Counted from the first letter of the stretch, positions 17,063-26,763 are shown. The stretch is DNA of 39,480 bases from Chitinophagaceae bacterium (GCA_040509055.1 JBEVLT010000352.1:1-39480), one strand, 5' to 3'. Numbers and translations are program-made. Notes: generated by a model not told the origin, from the letters alone.

Positions 17063-17096
17063 AGCGATTGGCCAAGAGAGATTGGCGGGGAAAATG

Positions 17097-17104
17097 TATT
17101 TTTG
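17097..17104 (+). promoter_or_regulatory. Possible -7 promoter box for glmM
   Basis: Exact TATTTTTG lies 106 nt upstream of GTG 17211. This would give a ~100-nt GC-rich leader containing small hairpins (CCGGC-ACCC-GCCGG at 17121-17134). Confidence 0.25.
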
Positions 17105-17210
17105 CGGCGCTGAAAAACCACCGGCACCCGCCGGCCTCAGCCAAAGTCCAATGCCTTGAGCCCTGCCGCCTGCCGGCAGCATACCCTTTCAAACATTACA
17201 ATTTTACAGC

Positions 17211-18602
17211 GTGGCATTGATAAAAAGCATATCCGGTATCAGGGGAACGATTGGCGGCAAAACAGGCGATAACCTGACACCGCTGGATATCGTAAAATTT
17301 ACAGCAGCATTCGGCGCTATTATCGCAGAAAAGCAGGACAATAAGCGCACAAAGATCGTTGTAGGCCGCGATGGCCGCATCAGCGGAGAAATGGTGCGCG
17401 ACCTGGTGGTAAGCACGCTCACCGGGCTGGGCATCGATGTAGTGGACCTGGGGCTTTCCACCACACCCACCGTGGAGCTGGCGGTAACCCTGGAAAAAGC
17501 CGATGGCGGTATTATTTTGACGGCCAGCCACAACCCCAAAGAGTGGAATGCCCTGAAGCTGCTGAATAAAGACGGCGAGTTCATTTCGGCAGAAGTGGGC
17601 GAAAGGGTGCTGGAAATAGCCGGAAAAGAAGACTTCAGCTTTGCGCCGGTGGATAAACTCGGCAAGCTGTCTGCGAATGACAGCTACCTGCAAAAGCATA
17701 TCGATGCCATACTGGCTTACCCGCTGGTGAATGCGGAGGCTATTGCCGGCCGGAAATTCAAAGTGGTGGTGGACACGATCAATTCCACGGGCGCCATTTT
17801 CGTTCCGGCCCTGCTGAAGGCGCTGGGTGTGGAGGATGTGATCGTGCTGAACGGCGAAGTGAACGGAAAGTTTGCCCATAATCCCGAGCCCGTACCGCAA
17901 CACCTGTCAGGCCTGAGCGCCGAAGTAGTGAAGCAAAAAGCTGATTTCGGGATAGCCGTAGACCCGGACGTAGACCGGCTTTGTTTTGTGAATGAAGACG
18001 GCAGCATGTTTGGCGAAGAATATACACTGGTGGCGGTGGCGGATTATGTACTTGGCAAAAGAAAAGGCAATACCGTCAGCAACATGAGCAGCACCAAAGC
18101 GCTCAAAGAAATTACGCTGAAGCATGGCGCGGAATATTTCCCTTCAGCGGTAGGCGAAGTGAACGTGGTGAAAAAAATGAAAGAAGTAAATGCCGTGATC
18201 GGTGGAGAAGGAAATGGCGGCATCATCGTACCCGATTTTCATTACGGCCGCGATGCGCTGATCGGCATCGGGCTGTTTCTCAGTCACCTGGCCGCCCAGG
18301 ATAAAAAGGGTATCAAATACCTGCGCGGGCTCTACCCGGATTATTTCATCTCCAAGAACAAGATCGAGCTGGAGAATGGCATCGATGTAAAAGGCATTTT
18401 TGAAAAGATCAAAAAGAAATACAAGAAGCACCCTGTCAATACGGAAGACGGGCTGAAGATCGAGTTTGACAACGACTGGGCGCACCTGCGTCCCTCCAAT
18501 ACAGAACCGATCATCCGCATCTATGCCGAAAGCGACTTCGAAACCAAGGCCAGCAATATCGCCGCGCAGATCATGCGGGATATACGCGAGTTCATGCTTT
18601 AG
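17211..18602 (+). CDS. glmM: Phosphoglucosamine mutase (alpha-D-phosphohexomutase family)
   Basis: N-terminus LIKSISGIRGTIGG, catalytic Ser loop TASHNPKEWNALK and Mg site GIAVDPDVDRL. GTG start; there is no in-frame ATG nearby. Confidence 0.87.
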   Translation: MALIKSISGIRGTIGGKTGDNLTPLDIVKFTAAFGAIIAEKQDNKRTKIVVGRDGRISGEMVRDLVVSTLTGLGIDVVDLGLSTTPTVELAVTLEKADGGIILTASHNPKEWNALKLLNKDGEFISAEVGERVLEIAGKEDFSFAPVDKLGKLSANDSYLQKHIDAILAYPLVNAEAIAGRKFKVVVDTINSTGAIFVPALLKALGVEDVIVLNGEVNGKFAHNPEPVPQHLSGLSAEVVKQKADFGIAVDPDVDRLCFVNEDGSMFGEEYTLVAVADYVLGKRKGNTVSNMSSTKALKEITLKHGAEYFPSAVGEVNVVKKMKEVNAVIGGEGNGGIIVPDFHYGRDALIGIGLFLSHLAAQDKKGIKYLRGLYPDYFISKNKIELENGIDVKGIFEKIKKKYKKHPVNTEDGLKIEFDNDWAHLRPSNTEPIIRIYAESDFETKASNIAAQIMRDIREFML

Positions 18603-18619
18603 CCTGCTGCTTCGTTTTT

Positions 18620-20848
18620 TTACAATAGCTTATCAGGAGTAACAGGCAGTTCGCGGATGCGCCTGCCGGTAGCATGATACACGGCATTGGCGACCGCCGC
18701 GGCAAAACCGATCAGCGCGATCTCGCCCATGCCTTTGGCCCCCATCGGGTTCAGCACCGGGTCGGGCTTGTTGACAAATACCGCATCGATGCGTGGCACA
18801 TCTGCATTTACCGGTACGTGGTAATCGGCAAAATTATTGTTGACGTAACGGCCATACCGGTGGTCGATGATCGCTTCCTCGGTCAATGCCATGCCGATAC
18901 CGCCGACCACGCCGCCGATCATCTGGCTGCGGGCTGTTTTTTCACTGACGATCTTCCCTGCATCGCCTGCGGTGGCTACCTGCTTTACGCGAACGATGCC
19001 CGTGCGCGGATGCACATGTACTTTCACAAAATGCACGGAAAAGGAATACATGGAGTATTTGCGGAGCTCTTCGCCGCCTTTCGAATCCTTTGTTATTTCC
19101 AGTTGCGGCAGGTTCTGTTCCTGCAGCAGTTCCGCATAGCCGATCCGGATATTCCGGTCGGTGGATAAAATCACCTGCCCGTTTTCCAGCGCCAGGTTTT
19201 CCTGCCGGGCCGTCTGGAGTGCAGCGGTACCGCTTTTCAGGGCCAGTTGCAGTAGTTGCTGTCCCAGGGCAGTACATGCATCGTGTACGGCCGAGCCGAG
19301 CGTGGACGTGGTGGCGGAGCCGCCCTGGGTGGGGCCGGGCGGCAGATCGGTATCGCCGAGCTCGAACCGGATCTTTGCAGCAGGCAGCTTCAGCGTTTCT
19401 GATGCGATCTGTACCATCGCGGTGGCGGTGCCGGGACCGGAATCGCTGACGGCGCTTTGGAGCAACAATGTTCCATCGTATCTCAGGATGGCTTTCACCG
19501 TGGCATTCCATCGCATGGCGCTGAATACACCGGTGCTCATGCCATAACCCGTCAGCATGCCGTTTTCCTGCATGGAGCGGGGAGCCTGTTTTCTGTTGCT
19601 CCAGCCGATCTTTTCAGCGCCCAGCTGGTAGCATTCCTTTAAATATTTGCTGGACCAGGGCAGGTTTCGCTCGGGATCGGTTTCTGCATAGTTGCGCAGC
19701 CGCAATTCGATGGGGTCCAGGCCCAGCTTGTAAGAAAGTTCGTCGATGGCCGACTCCAGGGCAAAACACCCGGTGGCCTCGCCGGGGCCGCGCATCCAGG
19801 TAGGTGTGGCTACATCGAGCGGCACCAGTTTGTAGTCGGTATTTACGTTGGGACAGGCATACAGGAATTTGGAGGCATTGGTAACGCCTTCGGTAAAGTT
19901 CTCGTAAGCCGAGGTCTGCGCTATCGCCAGGTGGGTCAGCCCGGTCAGTTTCCCATCGGCAGTGGCGCCAAGGCCGATCTTTTGCCAGGTATAGGGCCGG
20001 TAGCCGACCGTAGTAAACATTTGATCGCGGGTCAGCACCAGCTTAACCGGCTTGTTGATTTTTTTTGCGGCCAGCACGGCGGCTATTTCATGCGGCCATA
20101 CGCGCAGTGCGCTGCCAAAGCCTCCGCCCACGTATTCGGCAATCACCTGTACATTGGCTTCCGGCAATTGAAAGGCCTGCATCAGGCTGCGCTGCGTGTC
20201 TTTGGGTCCCTGCGTTTTATCATATACCGTCAGCTTGTCGGCAGCTTCCCAGTTGGCAACGATGGCATGCAGCTCCATCGGGTTGTGCGTTTCGGTAGGC
20301 AGGATGTATTCTTCCTCGATCCATACCGGCGCTTTTTTGTAGGCATCCGCTTCTCCGCGTGTGTACACCGAACCGCGGCCACCGCGTGGCGCTGCGGCCT
20401 TGCCGATGTTTTTGTGCAGATCGGTTTCGTGCGGTGCCTTTTCATATTGAGCCTTTACCAGCGAGGCGGCATAGACGGCGCGTTCGTAAGTATCGGCTAC
20501 TACAATGGCGATCGGCTGCCCGTTGGACCAGACCGTGTTATCGTAAAAGACCTTCAACCCCTGCCAGCCGCGCGAACCGGTTTGGTTGTCAGCCGGTGCA
20601 AAACCCGGCACTTTCGGTGCATTCAGGTGAGACAGGACGGCGAGCACGCCGGGCGCCTGTTCGGCTGCACGCGTATCCAGGTTTTTTATTTTGCCCCTGG
20701 TGATGGTGCTGGTAACGAGCACCGCGTAAGTCATGCCGGGCAGCAGGTGCTCTGCCGCATACCTGGCAGCGCCGGTCACCTTGTCTTTACCATCCACGCG
20801 ATCGGCCGGTGCGGGCCATTCCGTTGCAGCTAAAAAATAGTTGTCCAT
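18620..20848 (-). CDS. Xanthine dehydrogenase-family molybdopterin-binding subunit (PaoC/YagR-like aldehyde oxidoreductase large subunit)
   Basis: 742 aa. N-terminal RVDGKDKVTGAARYAAEH plus Moco-domain patterns (GGGFG, GGSATT). Third gene in a small-FAD-large subunit order. Confidence 0.87.
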   Translation of the reverse strand: MDNYFLAATEWPAPADRVDGKDKVTGAARYAAEHLLPGMTYAVLVTSTITRGKIKNLDTRAAEQAPGVLAVLSHLNAPKVPGFAPADNQTGSRGWQGLKVFYDNTVWSNGQPIAIVVADTYERAVYAASLVKAQYEKAPHETDLHKNIGKAAAPRGGRGSVYTRGEADAYKKAPVWIEEEYILPTETHNPMELHAIVANWEAADKLTVYDKTQGPKDTQRSLMQAFQLPEANVQVIAEYVGGGFGSALRVWPHEIAAVLAAKKINKPVKLVLTRDQMFTTVGYRPYTWQKIGLGATADGKLTGLTHLAIAQTSAYENFTEGVTNASKFLYACPNVNTDYKLVPLDVATPTWMRGPGEATGCFALESAIDELSYKLGLDPIELRLRNYAETDPERNLPWSSKYLKECYQLGAEKIGWSNRKQAPRSMQENGMLTGYGMSTGVFSAMRWNATVKAILRYDGTLLLQSAVSDSGPGTATAMVQIASETLKLPAAKIRFELGDTDLPPGPTQGGSATTSTLGSAVHDACTALGQQLLQLALKSGTAALQTARQENLALENGQVILSTDRNIRIGYAELLQEQNLPQLEITKDSKGGEELRKYSMYSFSVHFVKVHVHPRTGIVRVKQVATAGDAGKIVSEKTARSQMIGGVVGGIGMALTEEAIIDHRYGRYVNNNFADYHVPVNADVPRIDAVFVNKPDPVLNPMGAKGMGEIALIGFAAAVANAVYHATGRRIRELPVTPDKLL

Positions 20849-20884
20849 ATTGATTTGATGGAGTGTGCTTCGTTAAAAAAAATA

Positions 20885-21868
20885 TCAACTGATCGCCGCT
20901 GCCTGCGACAGGGCCTGCACAATAGCGGCCGGCGCCATCTTCAGTTTGAAATTATTATGCCCGTATCCCTTTGCGCCTTTCATCGCCAGCGCCGCCGCCT
21001 GTTCGAATGCCTGTACGGAAGCCGGTTTGCCGGCCAGGAACCTTTCAGCTTCGTTCAGCCGCCAGGGCTTATGGGCTACGCCGCCCATGGCCAGCCGCGC
21101 CTGCGCAATGGTGCCGCCGTTCAGTTGCAGCGCTGCTGCCACGGATACCAGTGCAAAGGCGTAGGAGGCACGGTCCCTGAGCTTCAGGTAGGCGGCATGC
21201 TGTGCCAGATCATTGGCCGGTATAATGACGCCCGTGATCAGCTCACCTTTTTGCAGGGTATTGTCTTTGTCCGGCATAGTACCCGGCAGGCGGTGGAAGT
21301 CGGTAAAGGGGATGCTCCGGTCGCCTTTGGGCCCGCTGACCTGCACGGTGGCGTCGAGTGCTGCGAGGGCCACGCACATATCGCTGGGGTGTACGGCAAT
21401 GCACTGATCGCTGGCGCCGAAAATGGCATGCATGCGGTTGTAACCCTGCAGGGCGCCGCAACCACTGCCGGGATTTCGTTTGTTGCAGGGCATCACCGTA
21501 TCGTAAAAATAAGTGCAGCGGGTGCGCTGCATCATGTTGCCGCCAACGGTGGCCATGTTCCGGAGCTGGGCCGAAGCGCCGGCTTTGAGCGCCAGGCTCA
21601 GCAGCGGGTATTTATCTTTTACAAGGGTATGTTCGGCCACATCGCTGTTGAGCGCCAGTGCGCCGATGGCCAGTCCCTGGCTGGTTTCTTCCACCTGCTT
21701 CAGCGGCAGGTTGTTGATGTCTACCAGCCGCACCGGGGCGGTTACGCCTTTCTTCATCAGGTCTACCAGGTTGGTGCCGCCGGCAATAAAACCACCTGCC
21801 GGGTTTTTGGCCAGGGTATCCACAGCGGCTTTGACGGAATAGACGCGGGTGTATTCAAAATTGATCAT
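20885..21868 (-). CDS. FAD-binding subunit of the molybdoenzyme (PaoB/YagS-like)
   Basis: 327 aa. FAD-binding PCMH pattern (FIAGGTNLVDLMK, ATVGGN). Its start overlaps the upstream stop as ATGA. Confidence 0.85.
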   Translation of the reverse strand: MINFEYTRVYSVKAAVDTLAKNPAGGFIAGGTNLVDLMKKGVTAPVRLVDINNLPLKQVEETSQGLAIGALALNSDVAEHTLVKDKYPLLSLALKAGASAQLRNMATVGGNMMQRTRCTYFYDTVMPCNKRNPGSGCGALQGYNRMHAIFGASDQCIAVHPSDMCVALAALDATVQVSGPKGDRSIPFTDFHRLPGTMPDKDNTLQKGELITGVIIPANDLAQHAAYLKLRDRASYAFALVSVAAALQLNGGTIAQARLAMGGVAHKPWRLNEAERFLAGKPASVQAFEQAAALAMKGAKGYGHNNFKLKMAPAAIVQALSQAAAIS

Positions 21869-22482
21869 ACCGGCTGCCCTCCTTTTTTTACGTCCGTGAT
21901 GGCATCCACGATGTTGGGGTAGGCGCCGCAGCGGCAGATATTGCCACTCATGTATTCACGTATTTCCTCTTCGCTGCCTGCATGCCCTTCGCGGATGCAG
22001 GCGATGGCCGACATGATCTGGCCCGGCGTGCAGTAGCCGCACTGGAACCCGTCATGTTTGATAAACGCCTCCTGCATCGGGTGCAGGTCGTCGCCGGAGG
22101 CCAGCCCTTCGATGGTGGTTATTTTTTTGCCCTGCTGCATTACGGCAAGGGTAAGGCAGGAGTTGATGCGGCGGCCGTCCACATGCACCGTACAGGCGCC
22201 GCACTGGCCATGATCGCAGCCTTTTTTGGTGCCGGTAAGCGACAGCTGCTCCCGCAGCAGATCGAGCAGGGTGACCCGCGGCTCCACAGCCAGTTCAAAC
22301 TTTACCCCGTTCACTTCGATCTCCAGGGGCATTTTTTCAAACCAGCCGGCGATCTTTTCATCGCAGGTGCCGGCCTTCACGATGGCCGGCGAGGCAATGG
22401 ACAGCGCGGCAATCGCCGTTGACTTTTTCAGGAAATTACGGCGGCCCTGGTTTGGGCACTCCGTCGGTTGGTCATGGTTCAT
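21865..22482 (-). CDS. (2Fe-2S)-binding small subunit with a Tat signal (PaoA/YagT-like)
   Basis: Twin-arginine motif GRRNFLKKSTAIAAL...VKA. The two [2Fe-2S] cysteine clusters are CDHGQCGACTV and CGYCTPG...CRCGAY. Confidence 0.88.
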   Translation of the reverse strand: MNHDQPTECPNQGRRNFLKKSTAIAALSIASPAIVKAGTCDEKIAGWFEKMPLEIEVNGVKFELAVEPRVTLLDLLREQLSLTGTKKGCDHGQCGACTVHVDGRRINSCLTLAVMQQGKKITTIEGLASGDDLHPMQEAFIKHDGFQCGYCTPGQIMSAIACIREGHAGSEEEIREYMSGNICRCGAYPNIVDAITDVKKGGQPV

Positions 22483-22740
22483 GTCGGATTATTAAGCAGT
22501 TTAAATTTACTTTTTTCTCTGCACAACGGGAAAATAAAACGGGCATACCGCTGCCGGAAACAAATTATTAAGCCGGCAGTGGTCCCGGTTCCTGCATGAT
22601 CTCTTCATTCCCCGGCCTGTCTCTACCGCTGAAAGTGTTGGTCCGGCCAGCGTGTTGATAGCCGCTTTTTTGCATGCATCAAAAACAACGCCATGCCGGC
22701 GGTATTTGATAAAAGGCTTCATGGCTTGTGGCGAATAAAT

Positions 22741-22748
22741 TATCTTTG
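22741..22748 (+). promoter_or_regulatory. -7 promoter box (TAnnTTTG) for the cysteine desulfurase gene
   Basis: Exact TATCTTTG, 58 nt upstream of ATG 22807. Confidence 0.35.
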
Positions 22749-22806
22749 CGCCCTCTTCCGGTAAGGGTAGAACCCGCCCTCAAAATCTGAAGGCTTGCAA
22801 TAACTT

Positions 22807-23931
22807 ATGGACAGGATCTATTTCGACAACGCCGCAACTACTTCGCTCGACAAAGAGGTGCTGGACGCCATGCTGCCGTACATGACTTCGCATTTCGGCA
22901 ATCCCTCTTCCATTTACTCGTATGGCCGCGAATCGAGGCTGGCCGTGGAGAATGCACGGAAGTCCGTGGCCAAACTGCTGAATGCACACCCGGGTGAGGT
23001 ATTCTTTACCAGTGGCGGTACCGAGAGCAACAATACCGCTATTTTATCCGCTATCCGCGACCTGGGTTGCCGGCATATCATCACCTCCCCGGTGGAGCAC
23101 CATGCCGTACTGCATACCGTGCAGCATTATGGATGCGGCGATGTGAGCTACAGCTTTGTAAAGCTGCTGCCCAATGGCCATGTGGACCTGCAGGACCTGG
23201 AAGCACAGCTGGCGGAACGTAAGGAGCGCTGCTTGGTATCGCTGATGCATGCCAACAACGAGATCGGGAACCTGCTGCCGGTCAAGGCCGTGGGCCAGCT
23301 CTGCCAGAAGTACAACGCGATTTTTCATTCAGATTGTGTGCAGACCGTGGGGCATTACCCGATCGACCTGCGAAAAATACCGGTGCATTTTATTTCGGCG
23401 GCAGGTCACAAGTTTCATGGTCCCAAGGGGGTGGGTATCCTGTACATCAACGACAATGTAAAGATCAAGCCGTTCATCTTCGGTGGCAGCCAGGAGCGCA
23501 ATATGCGGGCCGGTACGGAAAACCTGTATGGCATCGTCGGGTTTGCCAAAGCGCTGGAGCTGGCCATGACCCATCATGAAAAAGACAGTGCCTACATACA
23601 ATCCCTGAAAACCTACATGATCGGACAGCTCCGGGAGCATATTCCGGGTGTGGTTTTCAATGGCGATTTTGAAGGCAGCTCACTGTATACCGTGCTGAGC
23701 GCAGCCTTCCCTAAAACGGAAAAATCGGAACTGATCCTCTTCAATCTCGATATCAACCATATCTGCGTATCGGGCGGGAGTGCCTGCAGCAGCGGCGCCG
23801 ACATAGGTTCGCATGTGATCCAGGCCATCAATAATAATCCCAACCTGGTTACCGTCCGCTTTTCATTCAGCAAGTACAATACGAAGGAAGAAGTGGATGC
23901 CGTGGTGGCGAAGGTGAAGGACCTGATTTGA
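22807..23931 (+). CDS. NifS/IscS-like cysteine desulfurase (class V aminotransferase)
   Basis: N-terminus IYFDNAATT, PLP-lysine region SAAGHKFHGPKG and catalytic Cys loop SGGSACSSG. Confidence 0.87.
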   Translation: MDRIYFDNAATTSLDKEVLDAMLPYMTSHFGNPSSIYSYGRESRLAVENARKSVAKLLNAHPGEVFFTSGGTESNNTAILSAIRDLGCRHIITSPVEHHAVLHTVQHYGCGDVSYSFVKLLPNGHVDLQDLEAQLAERKERCLVSLMHANNEIGNLLPVKAVGQLCQKYNAIFHSDCVQTVGHYPIDLRKIPVHFISAAGHKFHGPKGVGILYINDNVKIKPFIFGGSQERNMRAGTENLYGIVGFAKALELAMTHHEKDSAYIQSLKTYMIGQLREHIPGVVFNGDFEGSSLYTVLSAAFPKTEKSELILFNLDINHICVSGGSACSSGADIGSHVIQAINNNPNLVTVRFSFSKYNTKEEVDAVVAKVKDLI

Positions 23932-24002
23932 ACGTCCGGAAGTCGGAAAGCTCCTGGTCCGAAAGTTGGTTCTAGGCTTCACGGCCCTGCTTCGGACTTT
24001 CC

Positions 24003-24224
24003 TCACTGGTAATACCACGGATTCCGTTTGCCGGCCATCACGTATTTGCGGATGTTTCTCCAGAAAGCCAGTACCATGTAGATGATGATGGGGGAGCCCA
24101 CCGTAAGGAGCGAGGCATAAATAAAATACTGGCGGATGCGGGTGGTGGCGATACCCATGCGGTTGCCGATCGCTGAACAAACCCCAAAGGCATTCCATTC
24201 GATGATATCCTTGAACCTGTTCAT
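24003..24224 (-). CDS. PspC-domain small membrane protein
   Basis: 73 aa counted from the internal Met (MNRFKDIIEWNAFGVCSAIGNRMGIATTRIRQYF...). The 228-aa ORF-track version runs through the promoter and into the aconitase gene. Confidence 0.68.
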   Translation of the reverse strand: MNRFKDIIEWNAFGVCSAIGNRMGIATTRIRQYFIYASLLTVGSPIIIYMVLAFWRNIRKYVMAGKRNPWYYQ

Positions 24225-24401
24225 GCTGCTAATGTAAAAAATACCCGCCAATCGTGCAATAAGCTTTTTCAACCCGCCGAACTTTCGTAAATTCGCGTCA
24301 CATTCAATTGCAAATGTGCCGGTTGCAAATCCAAAGGGTTGCTCCGGACCGGCGCCCCTCCCGGTTTGCAACATGAAGTTCAAACATTTAAATGCTCTGC
24401 T

Positions 24402-26675
24402 ATGGTTTTCGACCTCGATCTTATCAAGAAGTTGTACAAGGAAATGCCCGAAAAAATCGAAGCTGCCCGCAAGCTGCTCGGCAAGCCGCTGACGCTGGCA
24501 GAAAAGATATTGTATAGTCACCTGTTTACCCCCCTGCCTAAAAAACCCTATGCCCGCGGCAAGGATTACGTGGATTTTGCGCCGGACAGGGTAGCCATGC
24601 AGGACGCTACGGCCCAGATGGCCCTGCTCCAGTTCATGACCTGCGGGCGCGACAAAGTGGCCGTGCCTTCCACCGTGCACTGCGACCACCTGATACAGGC
24701 CAAGTTAGGAGCCAAAATAGACCTGGAGCAGGCGATCGAGACCAACCGGGAAGTATACGATTTCCTTTCCTCCATTTCCAATAAATACGGCATCGGTTTC
24801 TGGAAACCGGGCGCCGGCATCATCCACCAGGTAGTGCTGGAGAACTATGCTTTCCCCGGTGGCATGATGATCGGTACCGACAGCCATACGCCCAACGCCG
24901 GCGGGCTCGGCATGGTAGCCGTAGGTGTGGGTGGCGCCGATGCGGTAGATGTGATGGCCGGACTGGCCTGGGAGCTGAAAATGCCCAAACTGATCGGGGT
25001 GAAACTGACCGGCAAAATGAACGGCTGGACCTCGGCCAAAGACGTGATCCTGTGGGTAGCCGGGCAGCTGACCGTAAAGGGCGGCACCGGCGCTATCGTG
25101 GAGTATTTCGGTGAAGGCGCCGACAGCATGAGCGCTACCGGCAAGGGCACGGTGTGCAACATGGGCGCGGAGATCGGGGCTACCTGCTCCATATTTGCCT
25201 ACGACGAAAAAATGAGCGACTACCTGAAAGCCACCGGCCGTAAGGAAGTGGCCAAGCTCGCTGACGGCATCCGCGAGCACCTGCGCCCGGACCCGGAAGT
25301 ATATGCCAAGCCCGAAAAATATTACGACCAGGTGCTCGAGCTCGATCTCAGCACGCTGGAGCCGTACATCAACGGACCTTTTACACCCGACCTGGCTACG
25401 CCGATCTCTCAAATGGCAGAAGCGGTAAAGACAAACGGCTGGCCGGAAAAGCTGGAAGTGGCGCTGATCGGCAGCTGTACCAACTCTTCGTACGAGGATA
25501 TCAGCCGCTCGGCTTCCATCGTACGCGACGCGGTAAGCAAGGGGCTGAAAGCCAATAGCGAGTTTACGGTTACACCCGGCAGCGAGCTGGTGCGCTACAC
25601 CATCGAGCGCGACGGGTTTATCAATACATTTGAAAATGTGGGCGGCGTAGTGCTGGCCAATGCCTGCGGTCCCTGTATCGGTCAATGGGCGCGCCATATC
25701 GATGACCCCACCCGCAAGAACACGATCATCACATCCTTCAACAGGAATTTTGCCAAGCGCAATGACGGCCTGGCCTCTACCCACGCTTTTGTAGCCAGCC
25801 CCGAGATAGTAACGGCCCTGGCTATTGCCGGTTCCATCGCCTTCAACCCCCTGACCGATAAGCTGAAAAACGCAAACGGCGAGGAAGTGCTCCTCAACGA
25901 ACCGTCGGGTTTTGAACTGCCGCCCAAAGGGTTTGATGTTAAGGATGCCGGTTACCAGGCGCCCGCCAAAGACGGCAGCGAAGTAAAGGTGATCGTGGAC
26001 CCGAACAGCCAGCGTCTGCAACTGCTGGCAGCTTTTGCCCCCTGGGAGGGCTACGACCTGCAGGGCCTCAAGCTGCTGATCAAGGCCAAAGGAAAATGTA
26101 CGACCGACCATATTTCGATGGCAGGTCCGTGGCTCAAGTTTCGGGGCCACCTGGACAATATCAGCAACAACATGCTGATCGGCGCCATCAACTATTTCAA
26201 TAACGAAACCGATACGGTAAAGAACCAGTTGACCGGCGAATATGGCCCGGTACCGGCTACGGCCCGCGCCTATAAAGCGGCCAGCATCGGCAGTGTGGTG
26301 GTGGGCGATGAAAACTACGGCGAAGGATCGTCCCGCGAGCATGCGGCCATGGAACCCAGGCACCTGGGTGTACGGGCCATCATTGTGCGCAGTTTTGCCC
26401 GTATCCACGAGACCAACCTGAAAAAGCAGGGTATGCTGGCGCTCACCTTTGCCGACAAGGCAGATTACGACAAAGTGCAGGAAGACGATATCGTCGACAT
26501 CGTAGGGCTGACTTCGTTTGCACCCGGCGAACAGCTCACCGTGGAGCTGAACCACAAGGATGGTACGGTGGACGTGATCAAAGTGAACCACACATACAAT
26601 GCCCAGCAGATCGAATGGTTCAAGGCCGGAGGCGCCCTGAACGTGATCCGGTCCGAATTTGCCCGTCACAAATAA
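24402..26675 (+). CDS. acn: Aconitate hydratase (mitochondrial-type, ~755 aa)
   Basis: Fe-S ligand regions ([29 protein letters not shown]) and a swivel domain ([15 protein letters not shown]). Start placed at [10 protein letters not shown] (ATG 24402). Confidence 0.92.
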   Translation: MVFDLDLIKKLYKEMPEKIEAARKLLGKPLTLAEKILYSHLFTPLPKKPYARGKDYVDFAPDRVAMQDATAQMALLQFMTCGRDKVAVPSTVHCDHLIQAKLGAKIDLEQAIETNREVYDFLSSISNKYGIGFWKPGAGIIHQVVLENYAFPGGMMIGTDSHTPNAGGLGMVAVGVGGADAVDVMAGLAWELKMPKLIGVKLTGKMNGWTSAKDVILWVAGQLTVKGGTGAIVEYFGEGADSMSATGKGTVCNMGAEIGATCSIFAYDEKMSDYLKATGRKEVAKLADGIREHLRPDPEVYAKPEKYYDQVLELDLSTLEPYINGPFTPDLATPISQMAEAVKTNGWPEKLEVALIGSCTNSSYEDISRSASIVRDAVSKGLKANSEFTVTPGSELVRYTIERDGFINTFENVGGVVLANACGPCIGQWARHIDDPTRKNTIITSFNRNFAKRNDGLASTHAFVASPEIVTALAIAGSIAFNPLTDKLKNANGEEVLLNEPSGFELPPKGFDVKDAGYQAPAKDGSEVKVIVDPNSQRLQLLAAFAPWEGYDLQGLKLLIKAKGKCTTDHISMAGPWLKFRGHLDNISNNMLIGAINYFNNETDTVKNQLTGEYGPVPATARAYKAASIGSVVVGDENYGEGSSREHAAMEPRHLGVRAIIVRSFARIHETNLKKQGMLALTFADKADYDKVQEDDIVDIVGLTSFAPGEQLTVELNHKDGTVDVIKVNHTYNAQQIEWFKAGGALNVIRSEFARHK

Positions 26676-26717
26676 CGGGTACTGCGATTGACACGGTCTG
26701 TTAATAGAATAATGCAG

Positions 26718-26750
26718 GAGCTCCGGTTGCGGCCGGAGTTCTTTTATTTA
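26718..26750 (+). terminator. Rho-independent terminator after aconitase
   Basis: CTCCGG-TTGCGG-CCGGAG stem-loop followed by TTCTTTTATTT. Confidence 0.55.
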
Positions 26751-26763
26751 AAAACCGGTTAAT

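Noticed and set aside
17071-17086. The GCCAA-GAGAGA-TTGGC hairpin or palindrome, which superficially resembles a PyrR loop (CCAGAGAGG).
   Set aside because: It lies between the two divergent -7 boxes of the methyltransferase and glmM genes, so it is probably untranscribed. It is not next to a pyr gene and has only a 5-bp stem. At most it is a minor candidate operator.
22507-22722. A 71-aa ORF in the Pao/desulfurase intergenic region.
   Set aside because: It has Cys/Arg-rich, irregular composition, no start context and no recognisable motif. It is probably a chance ORF in a regulatory region.
22483-22806. A Moco riboswitch upstream of the molybdoenzyme operon.
   Set aside because: Reading the minus-strand leader, I could not find the conserved Moco-motif core sequences or a matching multi-stem architecture. 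From memory, the motif is not known from this phylum. Only cmsearch with RF01055 could settle it.
23935-24002. An imperfect long hairpin (GGAAGTCGGAAAG ... CTTCGGACTTTCC) between the convergent desulfurase and PspC genes.
   Set aside because: It is plausibly a bidirectional terminator, but the stem needs several bulges and there is no U-tract. It is too uncertain to list as a feature.
24308-24371. Repeated TTGCAA(AT) boxes upstream of aconitase (24308, 24323 and 24366).
   Set aside because: These are short AT-rich hexamers or octamers with irregular spacing (15 and 43 bp). They could easily arise by chance in a promoter region, and there is no supporting symmetry.
24705-26669. A 654-aa open reading frame antisense to the aconitase gene.
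   Set aside because: It lies entirely inside, and opposite to, a gene with unmistakable aconitase motifs. Its translation is Gly/Arg/Ala/Val-rich with no recognisable domain. Long stop-free antisense frames are an expected by-product of codon bias in GC-rich coding DNA.
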